From positions 25,131-89,130 of IMG/VR virus record IMGVR_UViG_3300035199_001057: a stretch of 64,000 nucleotides of DNA; one strand, given 5' to 3'. This stretch comes from a virus. Shown piece by piece: positions 1 to 9,448 of this stretch (within the stretch, counting starts at the first letter, position 1; every line of letters begins with the position of its first letter). Made by a program: the position numbers and the translations under genes. The notes beneath the pieces were generated by a model that was given only the letters and a program-made list of their open reading frames with translations, was not told the origin of the DNA and ran no database searches.

Positions 1-1
1 C

Positions 2-3000
2 TGCCCCGCCGTTGCTAAAAACAGCAAAGTTTACAATCGATTGGTTTGTGGCAGAACAGTTAACTTCAAAACTTTTATTTAGCGCTGAGGTGTAGTCGCC
101 TTGCGACGCAATTGACATTACAGGGCCTGTGCCCGTATCTAAGGATTCTGGCTTTACCCAGGCAGAAAAGGTAAAAGCTTTTGCGTTTCCTATGATTGTA
201 GGGCTAGCTGCGCCCGAAAGATACTGCGCGCTCCCGCTTTCGAAATCCACATATTTTGGGTTGACAAAAGTTTCCGTTGAGTCAGATAAATTCAATGTTC
301 TCAAGGAGTTGCGATTAACCTTTTGAAAAGAAGCTGTGGCGTCTTGGTAAGCCCCTTTGGCATAATACGATCCTGTGTTCACAGAACCGCTTGTGCCTGG
401 ATATGCTTTTCCTGCGCGCACGTAACTCGCCGAATTGAACGCATCGCTAAAGTAACCGAATTGTTTGCTGTGATCAGATAGGAGACTCCGCAGTGGTTGG
501 CGTACCGTTAGATTTCGCCATGGCAGTGCGTTATAAACTGAATACTCGTTCGCCTCAATATCTAAGAAGCCCAAACCGTTAACTTCGGGGCCGCCGGGAG
601 CCGAAAAGCGATTAACAATAACCCAATCATTTCGGGTGCGATCCGGAAGGGCGTAGTCGAAGACCCCTGAAATAAGGGTTTCAGCTGAAGAAGCCGTGAT
701 AGCACCTACTTCGGTGAGATAGACATTATTAGTAGAGCGTCCATTTGTTAAGACAACTTCATAATCTTTGGTATAGTTTCCAATATGGGTGATATTAGAG
801 GCTGTCGTTTGTTGGATGTTTCTAATGTTTACGGGACGTTTCGCGGTTTCATCTCGATAGTACAGCGCTGTGGGCCTAGAACCTAAAGTGTTCCCGTATG
901 GCGCGCCCAAATAAAGAAGCGTCGTACCCGGGCCGGTGTGGAGATATGTAATTGACCACCCTTCTGGGCGCGTCTCCGCGGTATCTAGATTTGAACCAGA
1001 ATTCAAAGCGATGTGGCGGTACTGAAGGCCTCCCACAAATTTTTCGGTGAAGGGCCCCTGCATGGGCACTTCTTTGTCATGACCGTAAACGTCGTCGTGA
1101 AGATTTGTAACAATGGCGCCAGTCTGAAAATTATTAATCAGCGTAGAATCCACACCGCCTAGATCAACCGACGAGCTATATAGACTAAAAGGTGTCCACT
1201 GGCGAATCTTTACCTTGTCTTCATAACCCCATATACTAAAATCGAGACCCGTCTGGTTATCTCGCTCGATCATTCCTTCCCATTGTCGTTTTTTTGCGCC
1301 CAGCTTCTCTAGCTCTAAACTATCGGCACAGTCGGGGAAAGGGTGAAGGCCCGCGGGCAAATTCGCATAAGGTACGGCATTCTCATAACCCCGAATAGAG
1401 GCGACGATACCGTCGGAGTCTGTATCTCCTTTACGTACAGCATCCAAAAGGAAGTTATAATTCTTATTGGGATAATAGTTGCTACCACCTTTAATCGGTT
1501 TCTCTAGAGTCGACAAAACCTTATAAGGCTTCGCCAAGCGACGGATCGCGTAGGTAGATCCCGAATATTGCGCGCTCGTGACGCTATCTTTAAGGGTGTA
1601 ATCGGGGGCGTTCGTTTCATTGTTATTGGATTCTAAAATTTCTTGCTTATCGATATCCAATTGGGTATCCCCAGACGCCAAGACCGAAGTCTTTCTTGAG
1701 GCGCGCTGGAGCCACCAGCGGCAATTATTTTTCTGGAGATCATCTAAGGGGGCATGACCATACTTCCAATTGTAAGTAAGCTCATTGATTCCAAGCACTT
1801 GCGCGTTAAATTCCGGGATCATTTCTCTTATAATTGGCGGTTTGTTCCGGAATTTGTTCCGGTCGCCCAAGACAAAGTTCTCTATAACCGTAGAGAGCCC
1901 CTCCCGCAACATATCTAAGGACGCGGGGACCAGCTTCTGGATATATCGGCTAACTGCGTAATCGATATATTTGAAGTATTCTACATACTTATCGAAATCA
2001 TAGTCGTTATCAACCTTTTCAAAGTATTGGTTTCCGGCTTTTATCAACTCTTTGTATTGGCCGCGATATCGATTGACGTTGGTGCCCAAGAGCGTGTTAA
2101 AATAACCTACCGAAGCAAACATGTTAAGCATGTCTTCCGAAATATCTTGAAATAAGTTCTTTTCAATCGACAAGTTATATGTGATGGGTCGACTCCCGCG
2201 CGTATAAAAATCATCTGACTGGTTTTCGATTATATTAACCAAATTAGAGTCTAACAACACCTCCGGGACTTGTTGTTGAAGTGTTCCGCGTTCAAGTTTT
2301 TGTACAGCGTTGGCTGAGGAGGTGGCAAAAAAGCTACCGGATGCCGTGTGGCGTCGGTCGACCACTCCGCTAAACCAGCCTTGGCCTGCGGCTGCGGCGC
2401 TTCCCGAAGAGGCATCCTCCACGGCAAACTGGCCGACGGCATTGGAAGAAGATACCGCATTAAAGTTCCAGCGAAGGGCTAATGTATCTATCTCCGGAAT
2501 TTCTATCCTATTGATAGCATTTTGATATAAAAAGGCATTTTGGGTGGGAGAACTCGCACCGTAATTGTCCACCTTCATATTATGCTGGTCGATAACCGCA
2601 GTGTCTAGTGGCATATACCAGGCTTTGACCTCCGTGGCTTTAGTGTCGGCAAATTGTAATAGCGCGCCCGTAAAGTTGGTCCGATGAGCGCCGGCATATA
2701 CGCGCTTGTGGCTGGCCAGGAAATTTCTTCCTTGCTGGGTTGTCATGGACCCGGTCACCAAAAAGCTCTTATGCTTTAGATCCCCAATGTAATTGCATCC
2801 ATAAAACTGGACTATGTAATTCTCGGGGCGTGAGCCAGAGGGCTGATTAAGTTGAGGGTATCTCTTGGGTCTGATACTAACAGAAACGGACCATCGATCA
2901 TCGTCGTAAATATCTTCAAAATAGGAGGAAGTGAGAAGCGGTATGCCGCTGCCCGCAGTGGATGTGAGTATAAATTTGGCATTGCTAGAGTACTTGTCAT

Positions 3001-5254
3001 CCTTCGCCGTATAAACTTGGAAGTTCGCATAATCATTTGTATCCCATGTTAGGTCGTTTTCTGTACCATTAGCGGTGTGTAAACCGAACAAAGAGGAAGA
3101 TACGATGAGAGGGTAAAGATTGCTATAAGAGCTGCTTAAGCCGGGCTTAAGTGTCGCATACTCCATGATCCCGACGCGGTTGGGGAGAATGAAGTCCCCT
3201 TCGAGCGTAAAGCCCAAACCTGAACCTTCGTAGCCACCGCTATAGTCCTTTGTTCCTGAAATATACGACGTTGCGTTACTGTCGGTTCGGTACTGATAAA
3301 CGCTAGCGTCTCCGTTATCAATCTCGTTAAAGTTAACATAGCTTTTTGTTTTTATGGTCTGCTTCGTATTGTCTTCCAGTTGGTAGGCGGTATTGTTGGC
3401 GTATACGTTGAACTTTAAAACATTATCGCCAAGGCCAAAGCATCTCAAAAGGTTGCGAAATGCTTTTTCGGTACCTTTTGACTTATTGATATACGTTAAG
3501 TTGTTGTAAATGTTCTGATAAATGGTGTTCTTAATTTCTTGGAGGGTGTGCTCGTATTTAAGATGATCATCGCGATCCTCAAATTGGTTCAACAGGCCAG
3601 CATTGATAAAGATGTCCGGAACAATGAAGCCCTTGGACTCTAGAAACCTCTTATTAAAGGGCGGAGCGAACGATCCAGAGGTATAGTATTTCTCATGTTT
3701 TAGGGCCGGCAGCTTGTCCATCAGAATAGCGGCTGAGTCAAAATAACTACCGATGATCTGAAGGGCGTTGAGTAGCTGATTTTGGTCTAAATTCTCAAAA
3801 TCCGTTTCATTGGCTTGGAGCATCCATTGGGGTAAATATGAATCCAGCCCGTTGCCATTGGTGTCATCGTGAATGCGTCCCTCAAGCTTCTTTTGGGTCT
3901 TAAACGCCGCCACATTGGGTTGGAATGAATAGATGATCGGGTCCTCAAATTCCATGGGGCTAGCCGATGACGAGATTATAGCCGATCCGGTGTTTCGTGA
4001 ATATAGGGTAGAATAGCCTGTCCATGCGCCATTTGAAATGCGTCCGGAAAAGTCCAAGACAGATGAGTCGACAGAGGCTGTTTGAGTGATGCCCTCGTTA
4101 AATTTATAATAAACGCCCAAATCCGTGTTCGCGGGATCGCTATTAGTCCCGGCGCCCACTTGGCCGAACCAATAGCGTTGTATTTTTTCGGAGGTGCGGA
4201 AGGTTTTCCAATAACGAAATTCGTCGAGGGAGCCCGATAGTTTAGCATACCCCCGATCAGGACCGTCGATATATACGTTACCGGAGGGAGATTGGCCGAG
4301 GGCGCCCAATGTGGCCACCAAAGCCCCGCTAACATAAGAAACGGCTGTGCCGCCGATGACGCGATGGTTATGATCGCCGTCAATAAAGAGATCGCTTACA
4401 ACATTGCTCCCGGTGTTCTTAAAACGAAACGCGTAATGATGCCACGCGTCGTCGGCGACCGTTGCGGCTGTGATTGAACTGCCGATGCTAGTCTGCGCGA
4501 ACCCGGTGGTTCCGGACATATAAGTAACCAAGAAGGGGCTTCCGCTTGCCGCGCCTGTCATTTCAATTCGTAAACGCGCATAGTCCGCGGAACTGCTGAG
4601 AGTGCCCGTGACAAATACGTCTAAAATGACTTCTTTTTCCGTGGCGCTGTTGTCAAACGCGGCTTTTTTCAGCCAAAATTCTACAGTGTTGCCGTCGGTG
4701 CCTCCGATCTTAAGATTGTTCTCTCTATTTTTAGAGAGATCGTAAATATTAGCATCTTTTCGGAAGACGGTTTTGTCTTGTTGATAGTCATAATATAAAG
4801 ATTTGCCTGTGCCCGGGTTCGGGCCGCCTTTAATCAAGATGTATTCATAGGAAGAAGTGCCCGCTGCACCATATCCATTATACATATCTGTAGCAGTCAG
4901 GCTGGAAGTGGTCAGCGTGATATATCCGGTTGTACGCGGATAGCCGTTCTCAAAAATATAGAGGTCCAGGTAAGAAGAGCTTAACTCCCAAAGTGCTTTT
5001 TCTTTCAGGGATCCATCATAAGGATAGGTGTCATAAATGCGACTAATAGAGTCTTCATAATATTTTTCGGCGGATCCGAAACGAGCGAATGCTTTAGGAT
5101 TTGCGAACTCTTCCAAGGGTAGAAAACGATGGTTACGTTCGCGCACGGCCGCCATAAAATCAAAAGATTCTATTTGATTATCTATATCTTGTTTTGTAAG
5201 AGGCTCTGGACTTTTTAAGTTCTCGTCCTCTTTAAATAAATCTTTTAGCGACAT
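2..5254 (-). CDS. Large virion/baseplate wedge protein with LamG-like domain(s); partial, runs off the left edge (>1750 aa)
   Basis: Absent from the ORF track because it has no stop in the window. ATG at 5254 follows TAA TAA of the upstream gene. Hand translation gives MSLKDLFKEDENLK...TVEFWLKK...WHHYAFRF...LSGSLDEFRYWK...YYKFNEG (LamG-like) and NNLTYINKSKGTEKAFRNLLRCFG (wedge gp7-like). Frame was open in all stretches translated. Confidence 0.85.
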   Translation of the reverse strand, partial: MSLKDLFKEDENLKSPEPLTKQDIDNQIESFDFMAAVRERNHRFLPLEEFANPKAFARFGSAEKYYEDSISRIYDTYPYDGSLKEKALWELSSSYLDLYIFENGYPRTTGYITLTTSSLTATDMYNGYGAAGTSSYEYILIKGGPNPGTGKSLYYDYQQDKTVFRKDANIYDLSKNRENNLKIGGTDGNTVEFWLKKAAFDNSATEKEVILDVFVTGTLSSSADYARLRIEMTGAASGSPFLVTYMSGTTGFAQTSIGSSITAATVADDAWHHYAFRFKNTGSNVVSDLFIDGDHNHRVIGGTAVSYVSGALVATLGALGQSPSGNVYIDGPDRGYAKLSGSLDEFRYWKTFRTSEKIQRYWFGQVGAGTNSDPANTDLGVYYKFNEGITQTASVDSSVLDFSGRISNGAWTGYSTLYSRNTGSAIISSSASPMEFEDPIIYSFQPNVAAFKTQKKLEGRIHDDTNGNGLDSYLPQWMLQANETDFENLDQNQLLNALQIIGSYFDSAAILMDKLPALKHEKYYTSGSFAPPFNKRFLESKGFIVPDIFINAGLLNQFEDRDDHLKYEHTLQEIKNTIYQNIYNNLTYINKSKGTEKAFRNLLRCFGLGDNVLKFNVYANNTAYQLEDNTKQTIKTKSYVNFNEIDNGDASVYQYRTDSNATSYISGTKDYSGGYEGSGLGFTLEGDFILPNRVGIMEYATLKPGLSSSYSNLYPLIVSSSLFGLHTANGTENDLTWDTNDYANFQVYTAKDDKYSSNAKFILTSTAGSGIPLLTSSYFEDIYDDDRWSVSVSIRPKRYPQLNQPSGSRPENYIVQFYGCNYIGDLKHKSFLVTGSMTTQQGRNFLASHKRVYAGAHRTNFTGALLQFADTKATEVKAWYMPLDTAVIDQHNMKVDNYGASSPTQNAFLYQNAINRIEIPEIDTLALRWNFNAVSSSNAVGQFAVEDASSGSAAAAGQGWFSGVVDRRHTASGSFFATSSANAVQKLERGTLQQQVPEVLLDSNLVNIIENQSDDFYTRGSRPITYNLSIEKNLFQDISEDMLNMFASVGYFNTLLGTNVNRYRGQYKELIKAGNQYFEKVDNDYDFDKYVEYFKYIDYAVSRYIQKLVPASLDMLREGLSTVIENFVLGDRNKFRNKPPIIREMIPEFNAQVLGINELTYNWKYGHAPLDDLQKNNCRWWLQRASRKTSVLASGDTQLDIDKQEILESNNNETNAPDYTLKDSVTSAQYSGSTYAIRRLAKPYKVLSTLEKPIKGGSNYYPNKNYNFLLDAVRKGDTDSDGIVASIRGYENAVPYANLPAGLHPFPDCADSLELEKLGAKKRQWEGMIERDNQTGLDFSIWGYEDKVKIRQWTPFSLYSSSVDLGGVDSTLINNFQTGAIVTNLHDDVYGHDKEVPMQGPFTEKFVGGLQYRHIALNSGSNLDTAETRPEGWSITYLHTGPGTTLLYLGAPYGNTLGSRPTALYYRDETAKRPVNIRNIQQTTASNITHIGNYTKDYEVVLTNGRSTNNVYLTEVGAITASSAETLISGVFDYALPDRTRNDWVIVNRFSAPGGPEVNGLGFLDIEANEYSVYNALPWRNLTVRQPLRSLLSDHSKQFGYFSDAFNSASYVRAGKAYPGTSGSVNTGSYYAKGAYQDATASFQKVNRNSLRTLNLSDSTETFVNPKYVDFESGSAQYLSGAASPTIIGNAKAFTFSAWVKPESLDTGTGPVMSIASQGDYTSALNKSFEVNCSATNQSIVNFAVFSNGGA

Positions 5255-5257
5255 TTA

Positions 5258-7132
5258 TTACTCTACTCTAAATCTAAATTGCGGTGTTTGTTCCACATAG
5301 TTCCCATTAACCTTATAAACAAAATTAAGGGCATAAATCTCATCGGTCTGTAACATTGACATATCGAAATCAAAGTAGCTACCGCTGTTATCATAAGATA
5401 ATTTAGTCTGATTCTGGCTACCAGTTCCATAGGCTACAATATTGTAATTGTCTGAGATTCTCGTTATTTTATAGTATACATTTTCCACAATATCGTTCGG
5501 GGTATCCACACTCGCCTTTACATAAATGTTCGGCTGCCAATTCTTCTTGCGTGTATAGAGTCTAAAGCGCGCCGTTTCTTCAGTGCTGTATGAATCCCTC
5601 AAATTAGTAATATTGGAAACATAAGTTTGATTGGGGTTATACCCGGACGCATTAAATGTTTTTACGGTAATTGCGGATCCCGTGTGATATTGAACCATTT
5701 CAGCGGCTGTGCTGCTTGTGTGCCACACATCATAAATGGTTGTGATGCTGGAAGAAGCATAGGCAAAGGAGGCCGAATATATCCCCGTTTCAACAAAAGA
5801 GGCCGTTATATTAATATCCCCGGTGGCTGTGACTCCGCCGCCGATGGGGAGAAAGAGCTTGTCGCCAGTTGGCGCGGCTGATGACGTGATCCCTGCGGTG
5901 GTTCCGCTATAAATACTCACGAAAACGTTACCAGTACCTACCGCAGGAATATTGGTAAGCTGACCTTTAACCACATTATACAAATAAAGCTTCATCAAGT
6001 TATCGGAAGCTGGTACAAGGGAAGAACTTAGATAAAAATTTCCCCTATCGTCCAACTTGCTGTTGTCCCAGCGAGCTTCGACGATGGGCCTTTTGAAAAA
6101 GAACTGCGATCCTCGCGCAAAGAACATTTTAGTGTAATAAGATACGGTGGCGCCCTCTTCGCTGCTCGTCAAAAAGACTCCTAAACCATAATTGCTTTTG
6201 AGGCCCATGTCCGTGTCAGTAGGCAAATTATCGCTCGAACTCAGCCATTGCTCCATCAGAGGTGATATATCAATCTCCAGGTCTTCAAAGCCGGTGGTGA
6301 AAGTTTGTTGAAAAGAAGACGAAGGGGTATAATCATAGTCGCCCCCTTCGGTAGTCCAGGCCGTGTAATCCGAACCAGCCGTTGTTGTGGTTAGAGATAT
6401 GACTTCTACATTGCCGGTGGGGGCAGTAACTGCTCCCGCGGTGGCGTTTTGTATACCTGCGTCAGCGGAGTCGACGGTGGAAGTAAATTGGCTTTGATCA
6501 TCTACAACAGTTTTAAAAGTATCAGCGTAATGTGCAGCAGTTGTGAGGCCGCCGGCGGATATATCAACTTCAATCTCTGTACCGTCGATAGTGGGGGCAG
6601 AATCGTCCCCGTCGTTGAACCAAAAGTTATACCTATTGTCGCTGGCATCATATAAGCTTATGTATTTCCCCCCATAGTCTCCTTTCGTATTTGAAAGAAA
6701 GGAAGCGGTGGCGACTTGCGCAATTTTTGTATCAGTGCGGTACAGCCAATTAGACTCGTCAATGTCAGAATAGTTTTCCATATCCAGGCCGACGCCTTCT
6801 TGCCAATCGGCGGTAAGAGCCGAAGCAGTTAATATAAAATTGGCCGGTGTTGGCTGGGAATGGGCCGCATTAAACATTCGCAGATAAAAAGAGACGCTTC
6901 CACTGGCAGGTATTGTTCCTGCGGTTCGGTCCGTGGCGATAGTGTCCGTTGGAAACCGCACAAGAATGCGGCAGTTCTCGGAGGAGTCCGAAGATGCCTG
7001 GCCATATATGTGGAATACTTCCAATATATCTGATTGGCCCATGTTGCCGGATACGCCGCGCGTGGTGAGGTTTGCTTTGTAAGCATTCGTAATAGTGTTG
7101 TCTCTATCCGCTGTGTATCTTTTAATCGCCAT
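5258..7132 (-). CDS. Virion structural protein with DNRLRE-like N-terminal domain, Ser/Thr-rich
   Basis: 624 aa; ADRDNTI...NMGQSDILE...RILVRF...YLRMFNA...W.TEGGD...DLEIDIS pattern; lies between baseplate genes. Confidence 0.6.
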   Translation of the reverse strand: MAIKRYTADRDNTITNAYKANLTTRGVSGNMGQSDILEVFHIYGQASSDSSENCRILVRFPTDTIATDRTAGTIPASGSVSFYLRMFNAAHSQPTPANFILTASALTADWQEGVGLDMENYSDIDESNWLYRTDTKIAQVATASFLSNTKGDYGGKYISLYDASDNRYNFWFNDGDDSAPTIDGTEIEVDISAGGLTTAAHYADTFKTVVDDQSQFTSTVDSADAGIQNATAGAVTAPTGNVEVISLTTTTAGSDYTAWTTEGGDYDYTPSSSFQQTFTTGFEDLEIDISPLMEQWLSSSDNLPTDTDMGLKSNYGLGVFLTSSEEGATVSYYTKMFFARGSQFFFKRPIVEARWDNSKLDDRGNFYLSSSLVPASDNLMKLYLYNVVKGQLTNIPAVGTGNVFVSIYSGTTAGITSSAAPTGDKLFLPIGGGVTATGDINITASFVETGIYSASFAYASSSITTIYDVWHTSSTAAEMVQYHTGSAITVKTFNASGYNPNQTYVSNITNLRDSYSTEETARFRLYTRKKNWQPNIYVKASVDTPNDIVENVYYKITRISDNYNIVAYGTGSQNQTKLSYDNSGSYFDFDMSMLQTDEIYALNFVYKVNGNYVEQTPQFRFRVE

Positions 7133-8922
7133 TACAATATTTCTCCGTCAATATCTGTAAGGGGGTACTTAATTTCGAAAATGACATCCTTGGGGGGGAT
7201 GAGTTGTCGGCCATCATTGGAAATCAATGTCTGGTAGTCTAGATCAAATGCCGAATACTCCACTCCTGTTACCGGTACAACGGTCACGTCTTTGACGTCG
7301 AGCACAGAAGGGACATTATTTAAAAGCTTGTATACGTCAGTAATCTTGAACGGCTCCCCGATATCATACATATTATTAAGATAGTAACTTGATAACCTGC
7401 TTAGGCATACTTCTAAAACATCCTGCTTGTTAACATTGGTATACGCAATGGCGGTAAAGAAGATCTGAAGATTCTGTATCCGCGCATCCAAAATATCGAT
7501 AGTATCTCCTAACATTTTATACTTACTAATCCAACTTTTTAAATTTTGTTTAATAGTGGTATTGGTTTGGGTGAAGAGTCCGAGTTCATCAGTAGATATA
7601 ACATGAAGATTTAAGTTTTTCCCATTGAAAGAATCCGTATCTCGCGAAATAACCGCTTTTCTTACTTGCCCGAAATTAGCGGGCATGTTATAAACCAAAT
7701 TAATATAGTCATCGCGTGTAACTGCTCTATTTTGAGCGCCATAGGCCCCATAGGATCTCATTTTTATTTCTTCATTAGTCAGGTCGACGACATCCCCCGT
7801 AATAGCCTCCTCATTGACAACTTCGAGACTGTTCCGCACGGCCGACATTTGAGCGGAAGATAGAGTGTTCTCATTTAAAAATTTTATATTTACGGTGCCC
7901 ACTCCGTTAATCGCTCCAGGGGCCGCATTAACTTGCGCAGCGCTATTTCTACGATATACCACCGTTAACAAGGTATCCGCGGGCGAAACACCCAGTTTAT
8001 CAGTCTTAATGAGAACGGTAGGGTCAAAAGATTTGTCCGTAATATAGGATTTGCCGAATACGTCCAGAATAACACTAGCCGGGTCTAAGACTCGCTGCTC
8101 ATTGTTGCCAGTACCAGACCCAAATTGAAGGGTGGTCTTTTCGAACGTTTGGTCTACAACAAAGCGGCGCGGAACGGCAATAGGCTTAAGGATATTCTCC
8201 ACGGTGCCCTGATTATTGGCCGTGTTGGTTACGGGGATATACACGGTGTCCTGTGTGAGATAGTCCACTTCATAATAATTGTTTCCGTTCGCATCAAAAA
8301 CTGAAATAATTTCAGTTAGATTGGGATCGTTGATGTCTATCTGAAGAAAGCGCTCATAGGGCCCCACGTCAAACTGCTGGGTCATAAACTCGCCCGACAT
8401 TACGAGGCCCCTGGCTTTGACTGCGTAGCGGGCAGGACTTGTTCCGTCCGCGTTGGCGGTGGCCACTACCACATCGTTCGACTCCGCAAAATTTACATCC
8501 CCAATCAACGTAAACGTTCTATTGTCGGTGGTGAGCACGGTGGATCCGCGCTTTAGTATAGGGGCGTAACTCACATCTGGGGCGGGGGCGTCTGTTTTGC
8601 TCGGAACTGAGATGAAAAAGCTGGCTTCGCCGTGAGAGGCGGCATTGGGGCGGAACTTATATCCCAAGTTTTTCGACAGCTTAATGACATTTTCCGTCTC
8701 CAGCGCTGTGGTCAAAAAGGACTCGTTCGCCTGATAATCGAGATAAAAGGAAAGAATGTCCCCCACATATGCCACCATGTCAACCATCAGAGATCCAAAG
8801 GACGCTTCATTAAAATCTCTATATGCTTCAGGATAGTACTTCTGAGCGTAATTGAGTAATTCTTCTTTAATAGTCGCGTAATCGCGCGCTGTGTAGTTGA
8901 TGAGGGGTTTTTTAATGTTCAT
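7132..8922 (-). CDS. Baseplate wedge subunit (T4 gp6 / baseplate J-like)
   Basis: INYTARDYATIKEEL...DFNEASFGSLMVDMVAYVGDILSFYLDYQANESF, LQFGSG, AQNRAVTRDDY. Confidence 0.9.
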   Translation of the reverse strand: MNIKKPLINYTARDYATIKEELLNYAQKYYPEAYRDFNEASFGSLMVDMVAYVGDILSFYLDYQANESFLTTALETENVIKLSKNLGYKFRPNAASHGEASFFISVPSKTDAPAPDVSYAPILKRGSTVLTTDNRTFTLIGDVNFAESNDVVVATANADGTSPARYAVKARGLVMSGEFMTQQFDVGPYERFLQIDINDPNLTEIISVFDANGNNYYEVDYLTQDTVYIPVTNTANNQGTVENILKPIAVPRRFVVDQTFEKTTLQFGSGTGNNEQRVLDPASVILDVFGKSYITDKSFDPTVLIKTDKLGVSPADTLLTVVYRRNSAAQVNAAPGAINGVGTVNIKFLNENTLSSAQMSAVRNSLEVVNEEAITGDVVDLTNEEIKMRSYGAYGAQNRAVTRDDYINLVYNMPANFGQVRKAVISRDTDSFNGKNLNLHVISTDELGLFTQTNTTIKQNLKSWISKYKMLGDTIDILDARIQNLQIFFTAIAYTNVNKQDVLEVCLSRLSSYYLNNMYDIGEPFKITDVYKLLNNVPSVLDVKDVTVVPVTGVEYSAFDLDYQTLISNDGRQLIPPKDVIFEIKYPLTDIDGEIL

Positions 8923-8937
8923 TGTCTTTAAGGCTTC

Positions 8938-9342
8938 CTATATAAACTGTACTTTTAATACTTCCAGAAGATCCGAGAAATTAAATGTCGGCACCGAATA
9001 AAATATTTTTATATCTAGGCGGTTGTGGCGATCAGATTCGGCGTATAGTGGGCTGTTACGTGTAAACTCAATGTCGTTGATCGTTACAAAAGGCATCCAC
9101 TGTGCCACTTGCTCTTCAACTCTGTATGTAATGTCCGCCTCAATTGTATCGTACTGGTTGCTAAACAAATAGTCTCGGAGTCCTGCTCCAAACTCCGGAA
9201 GCATCACTCTTTCGCCAGGAGAGGTGAGTAACAAATTCTTTAAATTCTGTTTAGTATTCGCAGCAACGGTTTTGGTTAAGGCATAATAGCCATCCTCTTC
9301 GCTTTTCTGTAATGGTATTATAGGAGAAAATCCAAAAGCCAC
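8938..9342 (-). CDS. Baseplate wedge subunit, gp25/GPW family
   Basis: KQNLKNLLLTSPGERVMLPEFGAGLRDYLF...WMPFVTI; GTG start with GAGG RBS. Confidence 0.92.
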   Translation of the reverse strand: MAFGFSPIIPLQKSEEDGYYALTKTVAANTKQNLKNLLLTSPGERVMLPEFGAGLRDYLFSNQYDTIEADITYRVEEQVAQWMPFVTINDIEFTRNSPLYAESDRHNRLDIKIFYSVPTFNFSDLLEVLKVQFI

Positions 9343-9363
9343 TTTTATTCACCTCTCGAAATA

Positions 9364-9371
9364 TAATTAGA
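9364..9371 (-). promoter_or_regulatory. Putative phage late-promoter motif TCTAATTA
   Basis: Matches recurring CTA(A/T/C)TTA motif; 22 nt upstream of gp25 start. Confidence 0.5.
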
Positions 9372-9448
9372 TTTCTTACATAGAAATTGCTTCATTTGAT
9401 TATCCTTTCTAAGTAATTGTTATATTACTCGTTTTAAGGGCCCATGGG

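Noticed and set aside
3135-3151. Inverted repeat CTTAAGCC-G-GGCTTAAG
   Set aside because: Single occurrence inside a coding region with no U-tract; probably chance.
129-4477. Ten short ORFs on both strands listed in the track
   Set aside because: They are shadows of one long minus-strand ORF starting at 5254, which the track missed because it has no stop in the window.
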